A DNA stretch of 64,000 bases from Nitrospirota bacterium (GCA_963663225.1 OY760142.1:2048001-2112000); one strand, 5' to 3'. Positions 1 through 10,006 are shown, counted from the stretch's first letter. Notes: generated by a model not told the origin, from the letters alone. Translations and numbers: made by a program.

Positions 1-425
1 CCTTCAAGAGCAAGAAGCCGTTGGCGAAGGGCATCCGGTATGGCTGTTTTTTCCCCTTTATGATAATTGTACATGACAATCACCCCGTCTCCTTCAGCGG
101 CGATCCGTTGGTGGCGGTGGCTCACGACCACATGCTTCATGGTAACCCTGTCTTCCTCGATGCGGGTGACCTTTGCACCCACGGAGACTGTATCAGGATA
201 CGTGAGCGGCAGTTTGAATGTACAGTTCACCGAACCGAGTATGGGGCCGATGCCCGTTTGCGTTCGATATTCATGCAAACCTACTTTTTGGGCATAGACA
301 ATGCGGGCGTTTTCGAAATAGCGGAAGTATACTACGTTATTTACGTGTTGAAAGGCATCCATGTCGCCCCAGGCTATGGGGAATTCCACAACGACAGGGT
401 AGCCTGCTAAGAGATGATGCACCAT
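1..425 (-). CDS. Acyl-CoA thioesterase (4HBT/YbgC-like hotdog fold), 3'-truncated by window edge
   Basis: Not in the ORF track; read manually from ATG at 425: MVHHLLAGYPVVVEFPIAWGDMDAFQHVNNVVYFRYFENAR... The DMDAFQHVNN motif is typical; AGAAGGA RBS upstream. Confidence 0.88.
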   Translation of the reverse strand, partial: MVHHLLAGYPVVVEFPIAWGDMDAFQHVNNVVYFRYFENARIVYAQKVGLHEYRTQTGIGPILGSVNCTFKLPLTYPDTVSVGAKVTRIEEDRVTMKHVVVSHRHQRIAAEGDGVIVMYNYHKGEKTAIPDALRQRLLALE

Positions 426-465
426 GGTTTCCTTCTGATCTATATGGCCATTATTATATGGGAGA

Positions 466-530
466 AGTATGCAGTAATTCTTTTTCCTTGTCAAGATGAA
501 GAAATTTCCGTCATTTTTGCCTAATCCTCC
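466..530 (-). promoter_or_regulatory. Sigma70-like promoter of the thioesterase gene plus a candidate AraC operator
   Basis: Minus strand TTGACA (494-489), 17 nt, CATACT (471-466); GGAGGATTAGGCAAA at 530-516 recurs at 2363-2349. Confidence 0.55.
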
Positions 531-627
531 GCGAAAGGCATTATAATGGTGAAATTAAGCTTTGCAACTTGGTATAATGTTTTAAATTATCTGGTGTTCA
601 AGCCAAGGATGCGTTTATACAGGAGTC

Positions 628-1536
628 ATGACTATGTTAAAAAAACAGGAACTGCCAGAAAAAACACGAATGGTGCAATTGCTGGATGCACTGGCAACAG
701 CTGAAGGCTTTACTGATTCTGTTCTCAAGGATGTTAAATTTTTGCGGGCAACCAGGCATATACTCCGGCGTCCGAGAACCCATGAACCTTGTATTGTTAT
801 TGTCGGACAGGGGCGCAAATGCGGCTATTTAGGTGATGAAGTTTATGCATATGATTCGTACAATTACTTTGTCCTCACTCTTCCCTTGCCGTTTGAGTGC
901 GAAACAATTGCCAGCCCCGAAGAACCCCTGCTTGCGGTATCAATTAGCATAGATCTTACCTTGCTTGGTGAATTGTTGGCTCAAATGGGCGATTATCCTG
1001 TGCCGAATAAACCGGTGCCGCGGGGGATCTATGCCACACCTCTTACCTCGGAACTTGCCAATGCAACACTTCGGCTATTGGAGTGTCTTAGTCGCCCCGC
1101 TCACAGCCACATTCTGGGGCCGCAGATTGTACGGGAAATAATATACTGGGTACTGCGCGGAAAGATGGGAGATGCCCTGCGCGCACTTGCAATCCGCCAT
1201 AGCTGCTTCAGTCAGATCGCAAAGGTTCTCAAGAAGATCCATAATGAATATCACAAAAAAATTGACATGGGATTTTTGGCCCGGGAAGCAAACATGAGCA
1301 AATCCAGCTTTCACGATAATTTCAAATCCGTTACTGCAACCACACCGCTACAGTACCTTAAAACCATCAGGCTCCATAAGGCACGCATGTTGATGGTCCA
1401 GGATGGGGTTACTGCAAGCTCTGCGGCGACGAGCGTCGGATATGAAAGTGTTTCACAATTTTCCCGGGAATTCAGACGTTTCTTCGGCAGCAGCCCCATC
1501 GTTGAAGCAAAAAGAATGAGAATAACGGGGGATTGA
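628..1536 (+). CDS. AraC family transcriptional regulator (AraC N-terminal / YqhC-like)
   Basis: N-terminal EPCIVIVGQGRK...LPLPFEC and C-terminal double HTH (TPLQYLKTIRLHKAR...VGYESVSQFSREFRRFFG). Confidence 0.93.
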   Translation: MTMLKKQELPEKTRMVQLLDALATAEGFTDSVLKDVKFLRATRHILRRPRTHEPCIVIVGQGRKCGYLGDEVYAYDSYNYFVLTLPLPFECETIASPEEPLLAVSISIDLTLLGELLAQMGDYPVPNKPVPRGIYATPLTSELANATLRLLECLSRPAHSHILGPQIVREIIYWVLRGKMGDALRALAIRHSCFSQIAKVLKKIHNEYHKKIDMGFLAREANMSKSSFHDNFKSVTATTPLQYLKTIRLHKARMLMVQDGVTASSAATSVGYESVSQFSREFRRFFGSSPIVEAKRMRITGD

Positions 1537-1695
1537 TACGCTGTGCTTCCGGAGTAAAATTCTTTCCTTTTCCTTTCTTAGGTTGTACCTCAGAGTATTA
1601 AAGATGTGCTTATTAAAAAATGGGTTACCGCATAAGCAGTAACCCATTGCATCTACCCGCAGCGCGTATGCGGTGCTTATAACCTCGCTGCCATC

Positions 1696-2064
1696 CTACT
1701 TGTTTTCATAATGGATATCAAACGGCTTATTGGTGATAAACAGGGCAACAACTTCAGTTTCGGCCGTGGCCCCGTGTTCCATGCGCATACCTTCAGGGAA
1801 CCAGACGAAGCTGCCAGGCCCGAGTTTATCAGCGTGAGTAACCAGAGTCCCTTCCAAGACAAACATGCCATGAGCACAGTTGTGATAATGCCATTTATTG
1901 GTAAAACCTGCGGGATAACGAACCATGCGAATGATCATGCCCGTATCGGGCTCCTGCCCTTCTTTAAGCAGCCATTTTACGTACATGGTTTTTTTTAAGG
2001 CTTCCTGGTATTTCTCTTCCCACGGCATTTCGCTTGACTTAACAACTATCATTTTCTTTTCCAT
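1696..2064 (-). CDS. Cupin-domain protein (ChrR-like)
   Basis: HYHNCAHGMFVLEG and GSFVWFPEGMRMEH cupin motifs; GAGGAGG RBS. Confidence 0.8.
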   Translation of the reverse strand: MEKKMIVVKSSEMPWEEKYQEALKKTMYVKWLLKEGQEPDTGMIIRMVRYPAGFTNKWHYHNCAHGMFVLEGTLVTHADKLGPGSFVWFPEGMRMEHGATAETEVVALFITNKPFDIHYENK

Positions 2065-2301
2065 AACGACCTCCTCTTTAGTGCATGATTAACGGTTTTG
2101 TATGACGTTTTATATGCAACCTAGGTGGATCGAGTTGTTTTCATGGCTGGCGGGCCAGTGATATAGAAGTCACCTCCTGTCTTTACTTGAATGCGATCCG
2201 CAGTTCTAGGCATTATTTCCGTGTCACAGGTGCTTTGAACTTACGATAAAGTATAATCGCTAAAATTATACTTATTAGTTCTTTTGAAGTTTTATAAATA
2301 T

Positions 2302-2363
2302 ATAATAAACAGTTTAGCTTATTTGACAAGACTTGTTATTGCAGAATCTTTGCCTAATCTTCC
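2302..2363 (-). promoter_or_regulatory. Putative promoter of the cupin gene plus a candidate AraC operator
   Basis: Minus strand TTGTCA, 16 nt, TATTAT; GGAAGATTAGGCAAA at 2363-2349 is 14/15 identical to the 530-516 copy. Confidence 0.5.
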
Positions 2364-2515
2364 AAATTAGTGTTTATGTCAGGGTTTTCTTCGTGTTGAA
2401 TGTGGCCGGAAACAGAAGATGGAATCGCTGAGGAAACTTCGGATGAATAAATGTGATTGAGCAGATAGGCATGTACAAGGTGCATGCTGCGTTTGCGAAG
2501 CACCCGGTTCTATCA

Positions 2516-3619
2516 TTATGTGTTCGGATGCTTCGTCGAACCGGCAATAGGTTTTCCCATAAAGAGCGCACTGGTAGTCACGCCTTTTATTGTGCTCATA
2601 AACGTGTATAGCCACAACGCGGACAGCAGCACGGTGAGAAATACGGCGTAAAACACCGTGAGAGGAGACAGATAGTACGACGCGATTTTCTGGCTGCAGA
2701 TGGTATAGGCGGCCAGAGGAAAGATAAAGGCCCACCATCCCAGATTAAAAGGAATCCCGCCTCTCCGCAGCTGATGAATGCAAATAATGACGATGATGCC
2801 GACAATCCATATTCCAAAACCCCAAATTACCGCGGCGCTCAGTAGAGAAGTGTTTATGTCGCCCAGCAGCCCCATGGTCTGGGCGTTTTTCGCCGAGTCG
2901 ATGATGGCGCTGACCGCGAGCCCGACCGCGCTCAGAAAAATTCCGAACGACGGAGTTGTTTCAGCAGGTGGAAGAGGATGGTATACAAGCCGTACGAATA
3001 TTATCGCGCTGATGAAGACAAACAGAAAAAAACCGATGCCGAGAAATGCCGTATTGGCAATAAATATGGACATGCTCCAGTCAGGCTGGTATTTATGGGC
3101 AAGTTCCAGCACGGGATTTCCATTCAACAATATCGCCATGTTAGCAATGGGGGCCATGATCCAGGAAAAATTCATCGTTTCCGGTTCAGGTGCAACGTCT
3201 TTGCTCATAAGACGGAATGTGGTGTAGAAGGTAAAGAACATCACGCCGATGATTGCTGCAATCCAGGCAATAAAGGTGAGGACAAACACCGCATACTGGA
3301 TCAGGTACTGGCTCCAGATTACATGGATGTTCGTTCCGATAATGGTGGTGGCGACTGGCATGGTGACGAAAAAATTTGTCGCTATCGGGTGATGCAGGTC
3401 CCGGCGGACATACTCGAAATATTTAAACCATCGAATCAGCCAGGGAACAAGAGCAAGAAAGTAGAGCGTCAGGGCCAGGGCCGCCAGGGCGGTGCCGGCA
3501 TACTGCAGCCATGAAATGCTGTCCTTCCACAGGAATAAAATATTGCCGAGACCGCCCGTGCCCATGATAACGGCGAACCATCCCGGCGCGAAATATTTGA
3601 TCATGTGCTTCTCATGCAT
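2516..3619 (-). CDS. TDT/SLAC1 family transporter (tellurite-resistance/dicarboxylate)
   Basis: PGWFAVIMGTGG N-terminal motif, FNLGWWAFIFPL C-terminal motif, about 10 TM segments; start moved to MHEKH after the RBS. Confidence 0.9.
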   Translation of the reverse strand: MHEKHMIKYFAPGWFAVIMGTGGLGNILFLWKDSISWLQYAGTALAALALTLYFLALVPWLIRWFKYFEYVRRDLHHPIATNFFVTMPVATTIIGTNIHVIWSQYLIQYAVFVLTFIAWIAAIIGVMFFTFYTTFRLMSKDVAPEPETMNFSWIMAPIANMAILLNGNPVLELAHKYQPDWSMSIFIANTAFLGIGFFLFVFISAIIFVRLVYHPLPPAETTPSFGIFLSAVGLAVSAIIDSAKNAQTMGLLGDINTSLLSAAVIWGFGIWIVGIIVIICIHQLRRGGIPFNLGWWAFIFPLAAYTICSQKIASYYLSPLTVFYAVFLTVLLSALWLYTFMSTIKGVTTSALFMGKPIAGSTKHPNT

Positions 3620-4006
3620 GAGGAAATCCCTTTCAAGACAAGTTCGCATAACGATTTTTATCCGGCGTATTATCTCATATTCTTTGAGAAAGTAAATAGC
3701 TGGTTTATATTTCCGGGAACCGGGTATGGCATATCCATAACGGGTTATTTAAAAGAGTGCTGGCAGGTTGACTAATTGAAATGTTCTTATTATAATATTC
3801 TATAATCCTAATGGATATGCATTCCCCCGCCGATGTCGGCTGCATGCTTGGCCCGGGGGGAGGCAACTGATAGAGCGTGCAACTGCCTGCCGCTTGTTTT
3901 TTATCGGGATTCTGATTAACAATATACGAAGTTGCATTCCTGAGAACACGCTGCTTTTTTCCACACACGAATAATACCGTACAGAGAAGTTGCTGAGGAA
4001 AAACCC

Positions 4007-7000
4007 ATGCGAAAAACCCTTTTCTTGGGAATTGATGTCGGGTCCATAACGGTCAAAACCGTCCTCCTCGACGCGGAAAAAGCCGTATGCTTCGAGGCTT
4101 ATACCAGAATCAAGGGAGATCCGCTTCGGTCGCTGGAAAGTGAACTCAGGGCCCTTTCCGCACGGTTTCCGGAGGACAGCATCTTCGCAGCCGGAATCAC
4201 GGGCAGCGGCGGCAAGCAGGTCGCTGGCGTTCTCGGCGCCGTCTTTATTAATGAAATTCTGTCGCAGTCAGCGTTTGTCGGACACTTCCATCCGGATGCC
4301 CGCAGTGTCATTGAGATGGGTGGCGAGGACGCCAAACTGATCATTCTTACCCGCAAAAAAAACTCTCCGGACGTCAACATCGAAGATTTTGCCATGAACG
4401 CCGCCTGCGCAGCGGGTACCGGTTCGTTCCTTGACCAGCAGGCTTCCCGTCTCCACCTTACCATAGAAGAGTTCAGCACTATTGCCCTCCAATCCAAAAC
4501 CCCCCCGCGCGTGGCTGGCCGGTGCAGTGTGTTTGCAAAAAGCGACATGATTCATCTTCAGCAGATTGCAACGCCGGACTACGATATCGTAGCGGGTTTG
4601 TGCTATGCCATGGCCAGGAATTTCAAGGCAACTGTGGGGCGGGGCAAAAAAATTTCCACTCCGATCCTGTTTCTCGGCGGCGTCGCCGCAAACCTTGGAA
4701 TGCGGCGGGCTTTTTGCGACATACTTGCCTTGTCCGAGCAGGACCTGATTGCACCGGAGCATTTCAACACATCTGGTGCAATCGGTGTGGCGCTCATGCT
4801 GATGCGGCAGCCTTACCGGCCGGAACAGAAGATTGTATATCAAGGCGTGGCCGCTCTTTCCCGGTTTCTCGCAGAGCATGAAAAAAACAACAACGCAAGC
4901 GGCATGAGCCCGCTGATACGGCCATGCGGCATTATGCCGAATCCGGACCAGGATACTGCGCCTGATGCGGACGCACGGATAGACGCATACCTCGGCGTGG
5001 ATGTAGGGTCTGTTTCCACAAATGTCGTTGTTATCGATGGCAGTATGCGTGTGCTGTCCAAACGGTATCTGCCGACAGCGGGAAGGCCAATAGAGGCGGT
5101 CAAACAGGGGCTGGCCGAAATAGGGGCCGAAGTAGGAACCCGGGTGAGAATTGTCGGGGCAGGAACCACGGGATCGGGAAGATATCTGACCGGGGACATG
5201 ATCGGTGCGGATGTCGTCCGGAACGAAATAACGGCACAGGCCACGGCAGCGGCTTCCATCGACCCGCTGGTGGACACGATCTTTGAGATCGGCGGCCAGG
5301 ACTCGAAATACATCAGTCTGCGGGAGGGGACTGTCGTTGACTTTGAAATGAACAAAGCCTGCGCTGCGGGCACGGGGTCTTTTCTAGAAGAGCAGGCAGA
5401 GCGGCTCGGCATCCGCATCAAACAGGAGTTTGAGAGCCAAGCGTTTCAGGCCGCATCGCCGTGCCGGTTCGGAGAACGCTGCACCGTGTTCATCGAGTCG
5501 GACCTGGTGCATGCCATGAATACCGGCGCAGACGTGCAAGAAGTGACCTCCGGACTTGCGTACTCCATAGCGTATAACTATCTTAATAAAGTGGTCGCCG
5601 GCAGGCGCGTCGGGGACCGCATATTTTTCCAGGGCGGTGTCGCCGCAAACAAAGCGGTGATCGCCGCTTTTGAGAAAATAACCGGCAAGCATATTACCGT
5701 GCCGCCGCATCACGAAGTCACGGGCGCCATCGGCGCGGCCATTCTTGCCATGCGCGAACGTTCTGAAAAAAGTGCCTTCAAGGGTTTTGATCTGAGCAAG
5801 CGCGCGTACACAGTCACGACATTCGAATGCGCCGAATGTTCGAACCGTTGCGATGTCCGGCGGGTGAGCTTTGATGGAGAGAAACCTCTTTTTTATGGAA
5901 GCCGGTGCGAAAAATACGATGTGAAGAAAAAGGCATCCTCCGAAGGCGCTGTGGTTGATCTGTTCGGTCTGCGTGAGAAACTGCTTCTCTCAACTTCGCC
6001 AAGCCCAGCTGCTCCGGACAATGCGCCGAGCATCGGCATCCCCCGCATGCTCTATGTGAACGATTATATTCCTTTCTGGCAGGTTTTTTTCAGCGAACTG
6101 GGATACCGTGTGGTTCTGTCCGAACGCACCAACCGCACCCTCATCAGCCGCGCTCTGGAAGCCACGGTGGCAGAAACCTGCTTCCCCGCAAAAGTTGCGC
6201 TTGGTCACATCCAGGATCTTCTGGATAAGCAGGTTGACATCTTGTTTCTGCCAAGCTTCATCCGTTTCCCGCCTTCACAGGACCAGTCAAAGAATGAACA
6301 GGCCTGCCCTTATGCGCAGGCATTGCCGTATATCGCCCGGACTTCCATCCGCTTCGGGAGCACAAAGACGATCGAGCCTATTCTGCATCTTCAGGACGAG
6401 CGGCATTTCAACAAAAGCATGCAAGAGTTGGGAGCAATGCTTGGAGCGGGAAAATCTGCGATAGTAAAAGCCCGGCAGCGCGCCCAGCGTGCGCAAAAGG
6501 ATTTTTCGCATGCAGTGGAGAAGCATGGCCACGATGCCCTCTCCCGTGTCAAGCCTGAAGAAAAAGTGCTTGTGCTTGTCGGTCGAAACTACAATACGTG
6601 CGATCCGGGAACGAATCTGGGTCTTCCTTCCAAGGTACGCGATCTGGGCGTACAAGCCATTCCCATGGATTTTCTGCCGCTCCATCATGTGGATCTTTCG
6701 GGCTATGAAAACATGTACTGGAGATCGGGACGAAAGATTTTGGCCGCTGCACGATTCATCCGGGAGCATCCCAATCTCTATCCCGTATATATTACGAACT
6801 TCGGGTGCGGACCGGATTCGTTCATTACCCATTTCTTTCAAAGCGAAATGGGCGATAAACCGTTTCTGCAGCTTGAAATTGACGAACACAGCGCAGATGC
6901 CGGAGCAATCACGAGAATCGAGGCGTTTCTGGACAGCCTGAAGAACTCACGAAATGACAAGGCCCGTGTTCCTTTCAGCGTATCCAAAAAAGACAATGGA

Positions 7001-8197
7001 ACGCTTCATACAAAAAAAGTGTTTTTTCCATACATGACCGATCATGCTTTTGTGCTTGCATCTGCTTTTCGCGCGTGCGGTGTAGAAGCCGAGGTGTTGC
7101 CCGAGTCTGACGAGGAGACCGTGAGGGTCGGGAGAGAATTCAGCTCGGGCCGCGAGTGCTATCCACTCACTCTCACGACCGGGGACATGATCAAGGCTAC
7201 CCGCAGGCCGGATTTTAATCCGGAAAGGACCGCTTTCTTTATGCCCACAGGAAAAGGCCCGTGCCGCTTCGGCCAGTACCACCGTTATCAGCGGCAGGTG
7301 CTCGATCGGATCGGCTTGGAGCGTGTAGAGATTATTTCACCCATGCAGGACGAGTCAATGCATAAAGACGTGCGCATACTTGACAAAGACTTTGTTCTTA
7401 TGGGATGGCGGGGGGTCTTTGCGGTGGACATGCTTCAGAAGGCGCTGTGGGAATACCGTCCGTATGAAAAGCATCCCGGCCGGTCTGACGCAGTATATCA
7501 AACAGCGCTTCAAAGGGTGCTCGACGCGATCGAGAAGCGGACGGACCTTCTACCGGTACTGCGGGAGGCCTATGAAGACTTCTCCGGCATCAGGATTTCG
7601 GATCGCACCAAACCCGTGATCGGCGTCGTGGGGGAGATCTATATCCGTTCAAACCGGTTCAGCAACGAAGACGTGGTGCGGCAGATTGAAATGCTCGGCG
7701 GTGAAGCCTGGGTGGCGCCGATGTCGGAGTGGCTGCTGTATCTGACCGCCACTGCAAAGGTGTCGGCGACGATGAACCGGTCCTGGAAGGCGCTGCTCAA
7801 AGCGTATTTGACAGGGCGGGTCCAGCACAAAGACGAACGACGCTTTCTGAACGCATTCAACGGAAATCTGCGCAGTCTGCATGAACCAAGCATCAACCAG
7901 ACACTCCGAACGGCGCGTCCCTATATTCATCATTCCTTTGAAGGCGAAGCCGTGCTGTCCGTGGGCAAGGCAATCGATTATATAAACCGCGGCGTCTCGG
8001 GAATTGTGAATGTGATGCCGTTTACCTGCATGCCGGGCACGATCGCGAGCGCGGTGCTGAAACGCGTGCAGGAGGAGCACAATAATATTCCTCTCCTGAA
8101 CATTGCATACGAAGGCCAGGGCGACTCACAGACCATTACCCGACTTGAAGCGTTCATGCACCAGGCGAAATCGTATCAGAAATCAAGGAGGGGATGA
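4007..8197 (+). CDS. CoA-substrate-specific enzyme activase: two BadF/BcrAD ATPase domains fused to dehydratase-like (DUF2229/HGD-D) domains
   Basis: Two GxDVGS...ExGGxDxK...MNxACAAGTGSFL units, CAECSNRC linker, TNFGCGPDS and PFTCMPG motifs. Confidence 0.9.
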   Translation: MRKTLFLGIDVGSITVKTVLLDAEKAVCFEAYTRIKGDPLRSLESELRALSARFPEDSIFAAGITGSGGKQVAGVLGAVFINEILSQSAFVGHFHPDARSVIEMGGEDAKLIILTRKKNSPDVNIEDFAMNAACAAGTGSFLDQQASRLHLTIEEFSTIALQSKTPPRVAGRCSVFAKSDMIHLQQIATPDYDIVAGLCYAMARNFKATVGRGKKISTPILFLGGVAANLGMRRAFCDILALSEQDLIAPEHFNTSGAIGVALMLMRQPYRPEQKIVYQGVAALSRFLAEHEKNNNASGMSPLIRPCGIMPNPDQDTAPDADARIDAYLGVDVGSVSTNVVVIDGSMRVLSKRYLPTAGRPIEAVKQGLAEIGAEVGTRVRIVGAGTTGSGRYLTGDMIGADVVRNEITAQATAAASIDPLVDTIFEIGGQDSKYISLREGTVVDFEMNKACAAGTGSFLEEQAERLGIRIKQEFESQAFQAASPCRFGERCTVFIESDLVHAMNTGADVQEVTSGLAYSIAYNYLNKVVAGRRVGDRIFFQGGVAANKAVIAAFEKITGKHITVPPHHEVTGAIGAAILAMRERSEKSAFKGFDLSKRAYTVTTFECAECSNRCDVRRVSFDGEKPLFYGSRCEKYDVKKKASSEGAVVDLFGLREKLLLSTSPSPAAPDNAPSIGIPRMLYVNDYIPFWQVFFSELGYRVVLSERTNRTLISRALEATVAETCFPAKVALGHIQDLLDKQVDILFLPSFIRFPPSQDQSKNEQACPYAQALPYIARTSIRFGSTKTIEPILHLQDERHFNKSMQELGAMLGAGKSAIVKARQRAQRAQKDFSHAVEKHGHDALSRVKPEEKVLVLVGRNYNTCDPGTNLGLPSKVRDLGVQAIPMDFLPLHHVDLSGYENMYWRSGRKILAAARFIREHPNLYPVYITNFGCGPDSFITHFFQSEMGDKPFLQLEIDEHSADAGAITRIEAFLDSLKNSRNDKARVPFSVSKKDNGTLHTKKVFFPYMTDHAFVLASAFRACGVEAEVLPESDEETVRVGREFSSGRECYPLTLTTGDMIKATRRPDFNPERTAFFMPTGKGPCRFGQYHRYQRQVLDRIGLERVEIISPMQDESMHKDVRILDKDFVLMGWRGVFAVDMLQKALWEYRPYEKHPGRSDAVYQTALQRVLDAIEKRTDLLPVLREAYEDFSGIRISDRTKPVIGVVGEIYIRSNRFSNEDVVRQIEMLGGEAWVAPMSEWLLYLTATAKVSATMNRSWKALLKAYLTGRVQHKDERRFLNAFNGNLRSLHEPSINQTLRTARPYIHHSFEGEAVLSVGKAIDYINRGVSGIVNVMPFTCMPGTIASAVLKRVQEEHNNIPLLNIAYEGQGDSQTITRLEAFMHQAKSYQKSRRG

Positions 8198-8512
8198 AGG
8201 GAACCCGACCTGTCTGCAAACACTGTTTTCATTAATGGCTGGTTAAAATAAAAATGAATTCGAAGATGATTGCAAAATGTAATATTCATTTGTTTTGACG
8301 TTAGGATTTATATTTTCAATCACGACAACAGGGATATCGAAAAGGACCGGACATGGACAGATTCCGTTGATTATCAACTTCGGAAAAGACAATCCGGTGT
8401 ACAGTCTGGAAGTTTCTCCTTAAAATGCAGACGATTCAGTGAAATGTTCTTCAAGTTGTTTTTTGTATAACGTAAATCTACGACAGCAGAGTAATCCGGC
8501 ATCAGCTTGCTC

Positions 8513-8540
8513 TTGACAAAATGCATTTTTGTGTTACAAT
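8513..8540 (+). promoter_or_regulatory. Sigma70 promoter of the precursor/radical SAM operon
   Basis: TTGACA (8513-8518), 16 nt, TACAAT (8535-8540) with extended -10 TG; palindrome AAAATGCATTTT at 8518-8529. Confidence 0.7.
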
Positions 8541-8624
8541 AAATAATAAGTAATATTATTTGTCATAAACAATTAAAATTGTCAATTAAGGCTTATTGCT
8601 TTATTTGACGATAAGAGGTTTGTT

Positions 8625-9002
8625 ATGAATGACAAAATCGAAAAGCCGGAAAAATCTATTCAAAAACAGGATGCAGATATTGAAACAAAAAAAATCAACC
8701 GGCGGGAAGCCATAAAAAACATCGCCAAGACTATTGCCGTAGCAGGCGCCTGCACGATCCCTTTTCTTTTTACACAACGTGAAAGTGAGGCCGGCAACAA
8801 GCAGTTTGCGCAAAATTCCAATTACTGCAACTATGCAAACTACAGCGACTACGCGGCCTACGGGAATTATTATAACGTGGCCAACTATGCGAACTACTAT
8901 AATGTCGGCAAAGGGCTCTACCTGAACTATGCCAATTATACAAATTATCGCGACTATATAAATTACCGGAATTACGGAGATTACGCTAACAAGTGTAGAT
9001 AG
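8625..9002 (+). CDS. Putative RiPP precursor with Tat-like leader and (Y-x-N/D)n repeat core
   Basis: INRREAIK, hydrophobic stretch, then SEA|G; core YCN YAN YSD YAA YGN YYN VAN YAN YYN VGKGL YLN YAN YTN YRD YIN YRN YGD YAN KCR; AGAGG RBS; directly upstream of radical SAM genes. Confidence 0.85.
   Translation: MNDKIEKPEKSIQKQDADIETKKINRREAIKNIAKTIAVAGACTIPFLFTQRESEAGNKQFAQNSNYCNYANYSDYAAYGNYYNVANYANYYNVGKGLYLNYANYTNYRDYINYRNYGDYANKCR
8823..8990 (+). repeat. Degenerate 9-bp coding tandem repeat encoding Y-x-N/D triplets
   Basis: TAY-NNN-RAY periodicity visible in DNA; codons vary while Tyr and Asn/Asp are kept. Confidence 0.9.
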
Positions 9003-9022
9003 TTGGATGCATCCCTGATCGA

Positions 9023-10006
9023 ATGGCAAATCTTCTTCTTACTACTACGTGTGTCCGTTCCTGCCCCTACTGTTTTGCAAAAAGCGAGATGAAAGAAGCA
9101 AATCCCGGAGATGTAATGTCCTGGGAAAATCTGATTTATCTTGCTGATTTTCTGGCCCTTTCCTCGGAAAAACACATCTCTCTTCTGGGAGGAGAGCCGA
9201 CCCTTCATCCCGCTTATGTGGATTTCCTTCTGTATCTTCTTGAGCGCGGTTTTCATATAACCACATTCACCAGCGGCATTCTCTCGCAGGAGAGGCTGGA
9301 AGAGCTGAAACAGTTTATCACTCCGCTGCCCGTGGACCGTCTCAATTTTGTCTGTAATCTGAACGACCCGGAGCAAACACCGGCGCCGGAAAAAGAGCAG
9401 GCGCGGATCAGCGCGTTTCTCTCCCTGATGGGACCGTGGACCATTCCGGGATTCACCATCTACCGGACTGACTTTGATCTGAAATTCATTTTTGAAAACA
9501 TGTCCCGCTATGGCCTGCAGCGCCAGCTTCGACTCGGCATTGCCAGCCCGACTCCGGGTCATGATAACCAGTTTATCGATGTAAACCAGCATAAACAGGT
9601 TGTTGACCGCCTCTATTCTTTTAAAAAAGAAATCGAGCAATTGCGGGTACGCCCCAGCCTCGACTGCGGTTTTCCTCTCTGTGCGTTCAGCGACGAGCAA
9701 CTTGGATGGATTTACCGCCGTACGAGGCATGTGTATTTCGAGTGCGGCCCCACCATTGACATCACTCCGAACCTGGATGTTTACAATTGCTTTCCGCTTT
9801 CCCGGTTCCATAAACGGTCGATCTTTGAATTTACCACATTCAAGGAAGTCATCGATTATTACCAGAACCTGCATAACAAAGTAAGAAAAGAAATTCCCGG
9901 AATGTACGCGGAATGCGGCGCGTGTCCTCACCGGGATGAACAGCGTTGTTCCGGAGGCGGGCTCTGTAATATCATGCACCGGTTTGTTGAAAAGACCACG
10001 GTTTAA
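9023..10006 (+). CDS. Radical SAM protein with C-terminal SPASM-like Cys cluster
   Basis: CVRSCPYC (CxxxCxxC), LGGEPTLHP, C-terminal ECGP...NCFP...CGAC...CSGGGLC. Confidence 0.9.
   Translation: MANLLLTTTCVRSCPYCFAKSEMKEANPGDVMSWENLIYLADFLALSSEKHISLLGGEPTLHPAYVDFLLYLLERGFHITTFTSGILSQERLEELKQFITPLPVDRLNFVCNLNDPEQTPAPEKEQARISAFLSLMGPWTIPGFTIYRTDFDLKFIFENMSRYGLQRQLRLGIASPTPGHDNQFIDVNQHKQVVDRLYSFKKEIEQLRVRPSLDCGFPLCAFSDEQLGWIYRRTRHVYFECGPTIDITPNLDVYNCFPLSRFHKRSIFEFTTFKEVIDYYQNLHNKVRKEIPGMYAECGACPHRDEQRCSGGGLCNIMHRFVEKTTV

Noticed and set aside
21-410. Plus-strand ORFs at the window start
   Set aside because: Antisense to the thioesterase read on the minus strand
2065-2180. Strong SD (AGGAGGTGA) and a 7-codon ORF in the cupin leader
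   Set aside because: No start codon at a suitable distance from the SD; insufficient evidence for a leader peptide
4007-8197. CoA activase fusion as part of the RiPP cluster (electron donor)
   Set aside because: Separated by 427 nt with a distinct promoter; this protein family is common as a standalone gene in anaerobes
8823-8990. Periodic DNA considered as a CRISPR array or VNTR
   Set aside because: The 9-bp period is degenerate and fully explained by protein coding; there are no spacers or cas genes
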